A stretch of 64,000 nt of DNA from Schmidtea polychroa (Eukaryota). The translations under genes were made by a program, and so were the position numbers. Below the pieces are notes generated by a model. The model saw only the letters and a list, made by a program, of their open reading frames with translations, had not been told where the DNA came from and did not search any database. The stretch's first letter is position 1. Each line of letters starts with the position of its first letter. Below, one piece after another: positions 23,786 through 36,900 of the stretch. The stretch is taken from assembly GCA_044892525.1 (NCBI GenBank), contig CM097887.1, positions 1,488,001-1,552,000 on the forward strand. The letters are read 5' to 3'.

Positions 23786-25707
23786 GATATTGATTGGTCG
23801 CTATTTGCACTCGCTGATATTGATTGGTCACTATTTGCACTCGCTGATATTGATTGGTCGCTATTTGCACTCGCTGATATTGATTGGTCACTATTTGCAC
23901 TCGCTGATATTGATTGGTCGCTATTTGCACTCGCTGATATTGATTGGTCGCTATTTGCACTCGCTGATATTGATTGGTCGCTATTTGCACTCGCTGATAT
24001 TGATTGTTCGCTGTTTGCACTCGCTGATATTGATTGGTCGCTATTTGCACTCGCTGATATTGATTGGTCGCTATTTGCACTCGCTGATATTGATTGTTCG
24101 CTGTTTGCACTCGCTGATATTGATTGGTCGCTATTTGCACTCGCTGATATTGATTGGTCGCTATTTGCACTCGCTGATATTGATTGTTCGCTGTTTGCAC
24201 TCGCTGATATTGACTGGTCGCTGTTTGCTTTCGCTGATATTGATTGGACACTATTTGCACTCGCTGATATTGATTGGTCGCTATTTGCACTTGCTGATAT
24301 TGATTGGTCGCTATTTGCACTCGCTGATATTGATTGGTCACTAATTGCACTCGCTGTTATTGATTGGTCGCTATTTGCACTCGCTGATATTGATTGGTCG
24401 CTATTTGCACTCGCTGATATTGATTGTTCGCTGTTTGCACTCGCTGATATTGATTGGTCGCTGTTTGCACTCGCTGATATTGATTGGACACTATTTGCAC
24501 TCGCTGATATTGATTGGTCGCTGTTTGCACTTGCTGATATTGATTGGTCGCTATTTGCACTCGCTGATATTGATTGGTCGCTATTTGCACTCGCTGATAT
24601 TGATTGTTCGCTATTTGCACTCGCTGATATTGATTGTTCGCTATTTGCACTCGCTGATATTGATTGTTCGCTATTTGCACTCGCTGATATTGATTGTTCG
24701 CTGTTTGCACTCGCTGATATTGATTGGTCGCTGTTTGCACTCGCTGATATTGATTGGACACTATTTGCACTCGCTGATATTGATTGGTCGCTATTTGCAC
24801 TCGCTGATATTGATTGGTCACTAATTGCACTCGCTGTTATTGATTGGTAACTATTTGCACTCGCTGATATTGATTGGTCGCTGTTTGCACTTGCTGATAT
24901 TGATTGGTCGCTATTTGCACTCGCTGATATTGATTGGTCGCTATTTGCACTCGCTGATATTGATTGTTCGCTATTTGCACTCGCTGATATTGATTGTTCG
25001 CTATTTGCACTCGCTGATATTGATTGTTCGCTATTTGCACTCGCTGATATTGATTGTTCGCTGTTTGCACTCGCTGATATTGATTGGTCGCTGTTTGCAC
25101 TCGCTGATATTGATTGGACACTATTTGCACTCGCTGATATTGATTGGTCGCTATTTGCACTCGCTGATATTGATTGGTCACTAATTGCACTCGCTGTTAT
25201 TGATTGGTAACTATTTGCACTCGCTGATATTGATTGGTCGCTGTTTGCACTTGCTGATATTGATTGGTCGCTATTTGCACTCGTTGATATTGATTGGTCG
25301 CTATTTGCACTCGCTGATATTGATTGGTCACTATTTGCACTCGCTGATATTGATTGGTCGCTATTTGCACTCGCTGATATTGATTGGTCGCTATTTGCAC
25401 TCGCTGTTATTGATTGGTCGCTATTTGCACTCGCTGATATTGATTGGTCACTATTTGCACTCGCTGATATTGATTGGTCGCTATTTGCACTCGCTGATAT
25501 TGATTGGTCACTATTTGCACTCGCTGATATTGCTTGGTCGCTATTTGCACTCGCTGATATTGATTGGTCGCTATTTGCACTCGTTGATATTGATTGGTCG
25601 CTATTTGCACTCGCTGATATTGATTGTTCGCTGTTTGCACTCGCTGATATTGATTGTTCGCTGTTTGCACTCGCTGATATTGATTGGTCGCTGTTTGCAC
25701 TCGCTGA
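23786..25707. repeat. 30-bp minisatellite, about 64 units (TGATTGGTCGCTATTTGCACTCGCTGATAT), with higher-order blocks
   Basis: Exact 30-bp period. The variant CTAATTGCACTCGCTGTTAT recurs at 24341, 24821 and 25181 (480- and 360-bp spacing). Confidence 0.98.
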
Positions 25708-26137
25708 CAGTAAGCGCTGGAGTGTCTACAGGGGTTTGTATTGGCTGTGCAGATAGAGGTTGTGGTACTGGAATGGGACTGAACGAGTGCAAATCTCCGG
25801 TTATATGGTGACTGGGGATGATGTTGATTTCCCATAATGCACCACAGTCGGTTCTTGGGCCTCTAATATCTTTGCGATATAGTTTTTCAACAGCACCTCA
25901 TGTTAACTCTGAATGACTAAGCGCTTAATTCGACTCTGTAACGATTTCATCCTGAGCCCGTTCCAATCTGTAGATTCGCTAATTTAGAGCGTGGGCCTTC
26001 TCTGGGGCGAGCCAAGTGGTTTTCACCCGATTCAATTGCTTCTGTTTCTGACTTATACGGTCGCGCAGCTGGAGCACTTCCTCGGTTAATTTCAGTTCAT
26101 TAGTGGAAAACATATTTGTGGTATTTGTATCGTTCAT
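25700..26137 (-). pseudogene. Decayed member (copy B) of the orphan coiled-coil family
   Basis: From ATG 26137 (3 nt after acceptor TTTTCTTACTAG): MNDTNTTNMFSTNELKLTEEVLQLRDRISQKQKQLNRVKTTWLAPEKAHALN*RIYRLERAQDEIVTESN; after a frameshift RLVIQS*HEVLLKNYI; after a second frameshift LWEINIIPSHHITGD...PALTVSECKQRPIN. Confidence 0.7.
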
Positions 26138-29100
26138 TTTCTAGTAAGAAAAATATACGTATTGCTACATCGGTGATAGCGAATACTGATTCAGACACAT
26201 AGAAAGATTATTACAAGACGGTTCATAATAACAGCCAACCAGTAAATTGTCTACACTTATGCGCCTAATGTCGGTCTCCTGATAATGTGAAAAAAGTGAC
26301 TTCAATTTTTAAGTTTCCTAGATTAACATTATTCGCCTAGGTCTATATATCCTTATGTGCAATTTTCTACTAAATTTCCATTACTATCGACTTATGTAAA
26401 CTTCGATTATTTGGGAAGCACGTATTCTTTTTGTCCAAAAATCTCTATTTTCCTAAATTATTATACTACGGCATTGTGTCTATCTATCGTCGCTCTAACA
26501 CTGTGAAATGTTAAAGATTTGATCACAGATTTCTCCTTTCTATCCTAATTTGCTTGCAATTATTGGTTACTTAGGGGTGTGTCATTTTTACATTTTAAAT
26601 ACGTTAGGGGTAATTTAAATATTCACTCGACTCTTTCCTAAGCACCTCCATGACTATTGCAATTTCACCATTTGTGTACCCATGGCGACGAAGATGTTGG
26701 TACTGTACACAAAGGCGAAAAAACAATGAGCAGATGAGCTTTATTGCTAAAATAAATACCATACCAATATTAATGAAAAATAATTTCAATTTAAAATAAC
26801 ATTAGGCTTAACAAAATTACATTACATATACAAAGAATCAAATTTACCTTACCGCGATGGTATATACCGAAAATTGAGAGCGCCTGACAACATCTGGTGA
26901 AAGTGTGAATTTTTGATTGAAAACCAGTTGTTAAACTGAAATTTCAATCCGTATTTATACTGAATGAATTGTACGCCTACGCATTCTCTGCTACTATATC
27001 CAATTAAAATGCGAGACAATTCTGATTAATTTTTGCATGCATGCATGAATGTGTGCATTTATTTATTTTTCAATTTAATTAATCAAAATTCTAATTTTTA
27101 TTAATTTTTAAGATTTATTTTTATAAATTCTATATTTAAATAGTTTTGCTAATTTTAATTTAGTTTTACAAGTTTTATAATTTAAATAAGTGTAATTAAT
27201 TCTATTTCAGTTTCATTGATTTAAACAATTTGGTTTTATAAATTTTATAATTTATCTAATTATACTACTTTTATTCTACTTTTTATCATTTTATTAGTTT
27301 ACTAGATATTTTATTTTAAATTTCAAATTTATTTATTTAAAAATTTTTCATATAATTAATTAATTTATTACCCATTATTTTATTTATTATTATTTTATTT
27401 TTTAGTTGTTAGATATATTGAATGCGATATTTCTCCTAATTGTGTTAGTGATCGCGATTTTTTTGCGTTCCTTTATTTTATTACCTGGGTCTTATTTATC
27501 ATCGATGTGTTATGTACTTTAATTTGTATTGATTGGTGTTTTAATTTAACTTGGTGCGATTTTATGTTATATATTTTTGATTCACTAAAAGAAGCTCTCA
27601 ATTCTCGGTTCTAGCCCAACACAATTATGTAAATTGCGCACAATTTAGTATACGACTCTCTAGAACGGAAATGTTCTAAAGGGGTTGTACATGGGGTTTC
27701 CTCCGCCTGGTCGACCTATGGGTCATTCAGGTTTTCTACCCGAATGGGTCTATCCATTTACAACTTCAGGACCCTGGCCTTACCATCATTTGAAGAAACT
27801 CGTTCTCCAGAAACTATCTCGTAGCATGACACAAAGAGCTATCTACATAAGCCACTAGATTCCTGATAAACTTTTCATCCAAATGGTTTTTCATCATTTT
27901 GTGACTTTATTTAATTGAAGCTATCTCTTAGTATGGCACAAGAGGTCGCCTGCATCTGCCACTAGACTTCAAGGAAATGAGTCTTCCAAATGGTTATTTG
28001 TTATGCCTCACTCGACAAGCTTCGGAAACCAACGATGCACTATCACGGTTCCTGTGGTATCCTCCAACTTTTAGTTGGCCGTCATATTTTGGACTATCTC
28101 ATATGAGATATAAATAAAATTAAAAATAAATAAAAAATACTGCATAAAATATATTAAATTTTAAAATGAAAAATTTTATTACATAAGATCACGATGATCG
28201 CATAGTAAGGATTAATTTCAATGTTAACGAAAAACAAAAAAAAATACCTTTGATCAAATACGATTGATAAATGATTGATTAAGAATGATAAATAGATTAT
28301 GTAATAAAAAAAATTTATTTTAATAAACAATCAGGCCCGTCGGGCATTAAGGGAGAGATTCTCAACCCTCTGAAATCTAAGGCTTTTATGTGTATTCTGG
28401 CGAACGCTGAGCAGGTGCTCAAGCGTTAAACGAGAGATCTGATTGGTTGATGTTGGAGTTGAAGCTTCTTGAAACAGGCTCCAATTCTATATAATAAAAA
28501 TATGTTGGGTATAAATAAGGTTATGCATGGACATACAGTATTATATATAGGATATAATTGGTGGGTTTTGGTAGTTCTAAGTGCTGGATAATTAAGCTTT
28601 AGTTTTTTATTGTTAAGTTGTTGTTTAAGTTTTAGCCTTCTTTTGTGAGTTAAATTAGAAGTGAGTGTTGAAACAGTCTATATAGGAAATTTAGACCAAT
28701 CAGGAGAGGTCTAACCTCATTGGCTGATGACCGAATTCCTCTGTTTATTTTACATTAATTAAACAAATGTCTTTTATTTTATTTATTTATTATTTATTAA
28801 ATCCATGTTATTTTTTATATAATGTGTCTCTTTTGGTTACTTTGTGCTTTTTCTAGAATTTTATTTATTTAAGTTTCGGTTTATTTAATGTTTACTTTAA
28901 GTTTTTCATTATTATTTTAATTCATCTTTATGCTTTATTAATGCTGTGTAACTGTTCCAACTTTCGGTTCTTTAAATCTATTTCCTTATTTTAATTTATT
29001 ATTTGGCCTCTGGCCCAACAACTATTAGGCCTACGGGGATTTTGGGCCTGTAGGCACACCTAAATATTCCTGGTGGATCAGTCCAGCACTGACTATCGTA

Positions 29101-29299
29101 TTCAAAATTTAAAACTCTAATCAAAAATTTTTTTTTATTACTGTTTTCTATGTTCTTTTTATCTCCGTCCGGAAAAATTTGAAAAGTCATTTCCAAATGT
29201 GGTTGAAATCAAACTACAAAAAGACCGAAAAAGCTTAAATGACATGAAATTATACAATTTCCCTAAAATAGTTAAATAAAATATAATTCCTAAGATAAT

Positions 29300-29900
29300 A
29301 AATCATAATTCTTGGTATTAGAAATGTTTAATGGAAGATTCGAGTTAATAAAATGACCTAGACCTTCAAAGAAAGTTTTCTTGCAAACACAAAGGATTTC
29401 TGGAATATCATAAATTGTTTTTCTGAAATGAATATATCGTTTTGACAAATCACTTAGTGTAATGACTGATTGAGAAGATATTTTTGAAATTAGCGGTATA
29501 GTAGAAGTTTAGTTCAACCTATCAACATCGATCAAATGGGCTTACTGAAGGAACTCTTAGTACAGTAACATAAATGATTACTAATTCATTGAAAGTAGAG
29601 TGTAAAGAAAACAATTGGTGCAAACTGTCATTCAGAATTGAGTGCTGTTTAAATGAAACAATAAAGAGCTTAGCCGGATTTTCGCCTTTTGAAATTGTTT
29701 ATTGTCGGAGGGAAAATTTAATTTTAAATTCACGGCATATTCAGGACTTCCATAATTAGCTAAGGGCAATCTAGAGGAGCCAGCACACTCAATGAGAGAG
29801 AGATAGAAAACCAAGAATTTCCAATATAGTCATATTAGAGCCGTATAAATAAATGAATTATAGGATGCAATATGAGGGACCTTATGAAATCCTGCGATTC
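29300..29900 (+). mobile_element. Highly degenerate Ty3/Gypsy-like pol remnant
   Basis: GFSPFEIVYCR resembles the integrase G.SPFE+LYGR segment, followed by a GPYEI (GPY/F-like) motif. Many stops. Confidence 0.45.
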
Positions 29901-30932
29901 TGTTATGACACTAAGTTGAACTAAAATTTCTAAGCGTCTATTGCTAAAGGGTTGGGAAATCATCATAGAGGAGAGCGTTAAATATTAAAATGGTATTTTA
30001 ATATTGTGTAATTTAATAGATTTGCAAGAAATGTTAGGCAAAACGACGATAGAAATGCACTAGGTTAAATGGAGCAATAGCGAGACAAACGCGCACTAAG
30101 GGCGCTAATACTTGGAATCACATAAACACATATAAGAATTGACTGGCGGCTGCCCCTATAGGAATACTCAGGACCTTGTATAGGTGTATAGGTCATAGGA
30201 TTTGATCGCAATTTCATGCTTGCATTAATATTATCTTACAATCAAAAATCACGCCCAAATTACTCTTTGGAAAACTAATTGGCACAAGAGCTGAATTCCT
30301 TCAGATTGATCAGAGGAAAATTCTACTGTTGGATTTTATATTTCCTTCTTGGTCCATTTGTATGAGGGAACTCTGGTTTATGGCCTTGGTGGGGTCCTTA
30401 CTTACCGTGCTGTTGCCAGGATTCCTAGCCTGCAAATATAGCGATAGGGGAGGGAGAGGGGGAGAGGGGAGGGCAGGGAGCATATATTATATGAATCAAT
30501 AGGATACGCAAAACAAACTAATCAACTGGAAATCAACAGTCCAGATCATAGAAATATTAAAAATCATTGAAATCAGAGAGTCAATCACAGACACAAATTC
30601 AGTAAAACCGACAATATCAAAAGTAAAACAACATTCACATGCAGAGCTGAATAGGGTCACCACCACTGACCCCAGCCTGCCCCGACAGAACTTATTCACA
30701 GCCATAAATACATAAGTTGAACAAATTGCCAATAAAATATGAAAAATAATTGTCATTCCAAATTGATATGTCTTACGAGTATATGGGGAATGGATAAATG
30801 GTTTCACAGCTCAGTAATTGTGCGGTGCCGGTGGTGTCGGTGCTAATGGCGCTGCTCCTCATAACAGTTGCCAGCTAATAAATGCACCAGCACCCGGATG
30901 GAGTATGATATGACGGCTTCTAATCAATTGAG

Positions 30933-33900
30933 TTACATTAATATGCAACAGGAATCTGGCTTCACGCTCTTCCCTCCCAGTTTCGGGTTGCTGTTAGAGA
31001 ATTGCTTTATCGGGTGGCGATTCGATTGACGATGTGATGATCGAGGGGTTGTGATAGGGGTTGTGTGTGATGAGGAACCGGGAGTTTTGATGGAGTTGAC
31101 ACTTGTTCTTGGTTGAGGAATTGGCCGATGTGTTGTGCCCGGTGATTTAGATTGCTGTTTGCCAGCAGATCTCATGGACACTGGCTTTGCCGCATCAATA
31201 ACCTCATCAGTTGTTGATTCACTGTAAATGTGGGGCAGGGTATTGATCTTTTTGGGGGCGATTTTATCTGATGGCTGTCGTTGTTTGTTAGGATCTGTAT
31301 TATTGATGATTTGCTTTGATCCTGAATCCCGTTGTTTCGGTACGTCTGCACTCTTTGGTACTGCTTCTCGTGGCTTTACAGGTTCCACCGGTTTAGATAC
31401 TGGTTCCCTTGGAGGCTTCGGCATGATCGGTTTGGGATTATATGGGAATGTATTTGGATCACGAGTAGGGCTATCATATGGATGGCAGTGGGTGAAATTC
31501 GATTTATCAGTTTTATTCGCCAGGCCTGGCAATACCCATATATTCGGAACTTGCTTGAGATTGACATCTATTTGGTTAGGATCTAGCATTGGCTGAATGA
31601 GAATAATATTAATGATTTCATATCAATATTTGATTCATTATATTTAATGATATTTCATTGGATTACGGTTCAGTGGCAATTAGCCAATAGAAATGCTCAC
31701 ACGGGATTATCACAAGTGCTTGATCCCAAGCGAGCATCAGAGGCTTGGTTGGGATTACAAAATATCAGACAGGTGAATACAGTGCTGCAAATAGAATTAA
31801 TTATCATAAGAAAAGGATTAGAAATTAATTTGTTTAAATATTATATTTCGAGTAAAGAAAGCAAAAGGGAAATTTAATTGGAGAGGTGAGAAAACCAGAT
31901 AAATGCTAATTGATAGGAATAAAGCCGAAAAACAAAAAATCAAAAAGGAAAATTGTCTAACTCGTTTTTTACAATCTGGTTGACTCTGTGACAGTTCTTG
32001 GAAAACAAAGACCTCATCACATGAAAGAATGATAACGCATACCTGGCAGACCTTTATACATTGCTTAATGATATGAATCTACAACTTCAAGGCGATGACT
32101 TGAACTTAATAAAAACAAAAAATGCCGTTGCTGCTTTCGTAGCCAAGCTGCTCTTACATAAGAAGGCTATCGGCAGGCGTGAGTTCCATAACTTTCCCAA
32201 TTTATCACTATCCTGCAACAGCTACGACTTGCTCCTATACTGCCAACATTTGGGAAATCTTCACAGCGATTTCATTGAAAGATTCCAAGACATTTTGAAA
32301 TTGGAAATACGAAACTGGATGTTAGATCCGTTTTCAAATGTCAACATTGCAATATCACCCCAGCTGGAAGAAGAACTTATAGAGTTGACAACGAGCGAGG
32401 GCAATAATATCAAATTCAAAAATGGCTACCAATAATTGTGGCTACAGACGTCAATAGCGCAGTTGTACCCTGGATTGCGGTAGGCTTGATAGGATTCCCA
32501 TCGTCATATTTGTGTGAGAACGCGGATGTAGCGCTGTGGCAGTGCTGTGGCAGTGCTGTGACAGTGCTGTGGCAGTGCTGTGGCAGTGCTGTGGCAGTGC
32601 TGTGGCAGTGCTGTGACAGTGCTGTGGCAGTGCTGTGGCAGTGCTGTGACAGTGCTGTGACAGTGCTGTGGCAGTGCTGTGGCAGTGCTGTGACAGTGCT
32701 GTGACAGTGCTGTGGCAGTGCTGTGGCAGTGCTGTGGCAGTGCTGTGGCAGCGCTGTGGCAGTGCTGTGGCAGTGCTGTGGCAGTGCTGTGGCAGTGCTG
32801 TGGCAGTGCTGTGGCAGTGCTGTGGCAGTGCTGTGACAGTGCTGTGACAGTGCTGTGGCAGTGCTGTGGCAGCGCTGTGGCAGTGCTTTGGCAGTGCTAT
32901 GACAGTGCTGTGGCAGTGCTGTGGCAGTGCTGTGGCAGTGCTGTGGCAGTGCTTTGGCAGTGCTGTGGCAGTGCTGTGGCAGTGCTGTGGCAGTGCTGTG
33001 GCAGCGCTGTGGCAGTGCTGTGGCAGTGCTGTGGCAGTGCTGTGGCAGTGCTGTGACAGCGCTGTGGCAGCGATGCTTACTAGAAAGGGAAATCATTTGC
33101 AAGTAAAATCGAACCTGATATCAACAAACAAGTTACAAATCATCAAATTAATCCATCTCATATAAAGCTGATTACCAATCTATATTGTTTCATTTAATTT
33201 GATTAAGATATATTATTAATATTATCATCAAGTAGCATTTGAATTGCTCTCACTGGTAAACATTTCCAGCTTAGAATGCCAGTTTAGACACCAGAGCCGG
33301 CTAATATAGCATACTATAACTAAATGAGCTATTTAGGAGTGTGTACTAAATGGGGGGGGGCGCTGAGAAATAATTGATTCTCAAAGGGGGGCGGTGAAAG
33401 CAATGAGCTTGATAATCTCATAATTAGATGTTACCTGTGGCGGCCTCAATTGATGTGATAATAATAAATAATGGATAAATGAGTAAGCATTATCACTATA
33501 TCATTCTATTGCAGTCAATCAACTCCATTCATTGCCATTTTCACTTGGGATACCTTTTGCATCACTTATGATGTGTTATTGGATCGAGTTGGATACCCCA
33601 TGGATGAATGCTTGATGGGCGTGCACCGTGAACCGTGAAGCAAACAAATACCCCTGTACGGTACCCACCCAGCCATTGAATGTGTAAGATGATAATAATC
33701 ATTAAAAGTACCTCATTTTCAGCATAATCGGTCTCTGCAATTGATTCATTGACAATAAAATGCTTAGCTCTCAGGCTGCTGTTGACAAATGCCTCCTTGT
33801 TGCTAGCATCATTGTTCTCCTGTAGATGAATCCCAGGTGCTGGAGGATTAGTTTCTGCTGGATTCTTCCGTTCCATGCTCAGCCTGATTTCCGCTTCTTG

Positions 33901-36900
33901 TCGTGCTTCCTTCCAGGAGAGAAAAGATTTATCCTTCATGCTAGTCCGGCGAATGGATGCACTAGAATGAAATGAATAACAGATGAATAACACACAGCCA
34001 CAGAAACAATGGATATAGAAATGGGGCTAGGATTGAGGATTTATAACGAAAGTTGCTAATATTAGGCATTCCTTGTCATTATTTATTTGCCTGCTACATT
34101 GGGCCTGAATTGTAATGGTAAGTGCTATATGGGATGAATTGCATTAGGACATTACTCAATGAGGGTTACGAGCGCTAACCAGGTTGAGCCAGTTGCAACC
34201 TCAATCGGGAACCCCTTCCATAATTGCTCTACTACGATATCATCAATAACCAATCTTACCTCCTTGGATTCGTGCTGCTCCGTCGCCTTACCAATCCAAA
34301 TGATGAGGTGAGATTCTGATTCTGATCCCTCAATTTGTCAACTTGCTGCTTCAGCATCAATAGTTTCTCATAAATGTCCGCATCGTACACCAATTCTATA
34401 ACATTGTCCAATTAATCCAATTAATGATACTAGTAACATAATATTTCTGCAACCAACCATAAACTGTTTCTCCTTGTTTTGTCTGACAGTCCATGTTGGC
34501 TCCGTGACTGACGAGCACTTCGATCACCTCGAGCTGGATGGGATAAACGCTTAGATGAAGCCTGAATGGGAATGGGAACAGAAACTTACATGACTGTGAA
34601 GTGATGCAACATGGATAGCTTGCCAACCATCCTTATCCAGTGCATCAATTGGCATCCCAATGGACAGCAAGAACCGAGTCACATTCACATATCCACAGGC
34701 AGCAGCAATATGCAAGTAATTGGCGCCCTGTTTATCCAATTGACAGAATAGCTGTAATGCACTCGATTGTCCCAACCTGCCAACTGATGACTTGAGGTCA
34801 CTCAACATGTTTTGCTCAGGCTGATTTCTGGCAGCATTAATTTGTTCCTGTGTGATGCCTTTGGTAGCCATTTCATTCTCAATGATATCCAGCGTGACTT
34901 CATCCTCACAAATATCGTACGGCATATTGCCATCAGTATTGAGAGCCAATAAATCAGCGCCACTAAATGATATTAATGAATTCGTCGTTATCATTTCCTA
35001 ATCACAGGAATCAGCCTCAGTTTCCTGGTTCTGTGTGGCCATACCAGCACCGTGACCAGCTCAGGTCACCGCCCCCCCCCCCCCGACATTATCCATCAAT
35101 ATCAACTTATCTATGACATTTACTGTCCCATATTGAAAGGCAATTATTATCAGTAATGTATGGAGATATTTCCTTACCTAGAGATGAAATAATGGGACCA
35201 TACTCTCGGCTACCATTAACATATTTCCTGCTCTCCTACAAACTTGGAAACAAAATTTCCCTTGGCTAAATGTGACCAAAACAAAAACTATCACCGCAAT
35301 TTGAATGATGCCATCAACTGAGCAGTGAAATGCCATATTAATAGGAAACGAAGACATCATATAAGTTAAATCAACACAAAATGTTATCAAATTGTTCTCA
35401 AGATACAGGAATGGACGATAGAAGCGATAGTGTCGGTGGCGGTGGCGGTGGCGGCTTGCTGGAGGGCTAGAGCATTGTGAAATATCAATGGATGAATTTA
35501 ATTTAATTATTGGCACTCCTTGGCCACCGGCACCGACTGCACTGCCTGCACTGGCTGCATCACCCATCATGAGACTGTGAGCGCTGCATCGAATTTACAA
35601 TTATAATTCAATTACAATTATTGTGCTCAGTGCACAATCACAATCTGCACACTTTCCATTGATTTGCAATAATCAACATTATTAACTAATACTAATAACA
35701 ATTTCTTGCTCAATTGTTTTCATTTACACTCAATGAACTTGTTTACGAATTCTTGCACGCTTATAGCACTTATGTNNNNNNNNNNNNNNNNNNNNNNNNN
35801 NNNNNNNNNNNNNNNNNNNNNNNNNNNNNNNNNNNNNNNNNNNNNNNNNNNNNNNNNNNNNNNNNNNNNNNNNNNNNNNNNNNNNNNNNNNNNNNNNNNN
35901 NNNNNNNNNNNNNNNNNNNNNNNNNNNNNNNNNNNNNNNNNNNNNNNNNNNNNNNNNNNNNNNNNNNNNNNNNNNNNNNNNNNNNNNNNNNNNNNNNNNN
36001 NNNNNNNNNNNNNNNNNNNNNNNNNNNNNNNNNNNNNNNNNNNNNNNNNNNNNNNNNNAAAAAAAAAAAAAATTCTGATCTTCCTAACTTCTACCACCTA
36101 ATTAAAACTCACAAAGAGGGTCCTGGTATCAAAATTAGACCTATAGTGTCCAACAAAAATGGACCAACAACTAAAACAAGTTGGATCCTTGTAAAGATCT
36201 TGAAACCTTTATTGGACACGATACCACACCATCTTCAAAGCAGCGACTGCCTCATGACAAGACTAAATAATAACATGATTTGTCATAGAGAATTCCAATA
36301 CCCATTTAGTCTTGATGTCGTATCACTATACACATCTATCGAACCAAAAGAGGCTATTCAATGTTTAGAAAAGAAATTAAGAGAAAGCAACTTGTTAATA
36401 AAGGAAATGAATATCGAGAATATCACCAAACTACTTACTGTTATCCTCGAGAACACCTATTTTACCTTTGAACAAAATATCTATAAACAAGTTAAAGGTC
36501 TGCCTATGAGTTCTAGCATATCAGGACTGCTAGCAATCATTTTTATGGATAACCTCGAACGACAGACACTGAGGACCATACAACCCATCGGTTTCTATGC
36601 AAGATATGTAGATGATATCTTCATCACGACCAAAAACAGAAAGGAAGCGGAGGAAATATTTCATACATTCAATGCGGCTCATCAAGATATTAAGTTCGAA
36701 ATCGAATATCCGGAAGAAGATGGATCCCTCAATTTATTGGATTTGAGAATCAAAATAGAAGAAAATACTCCAACATACAGAAAACCAGCTCGCAAAGAAA
36801 TATTTATGCACCAAAGATCAGCGCTTCCATACTTACAGAAAGTACATGTCATAAGAAACGAAAAACAAAGAATAGCCAATCGATGCACGGAGAAAAACGA

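Noticed and set aside
23786-25707. CRISPR-like array
   Set aside because: Units are contiguous 30-bp repeats with no unique spacers, there are no cas genes, and the context is eukaryotic.
23733-25811. Long ORFs (LILIGRYLHS)n and (QYQRVQIATN)n as genes
   Set aside because: They are by-products of a 30-bp period with few stops in some frames. Only the minus ISECKQRPIN frame connects to unique coding-like sequence.
32416-33165. Cys-rich ORFs (VLWQCCGSAVA / ALPQHCHSTAT)
   Set aside because: Translations of the 11-bp satellite inside a dead hAT element.
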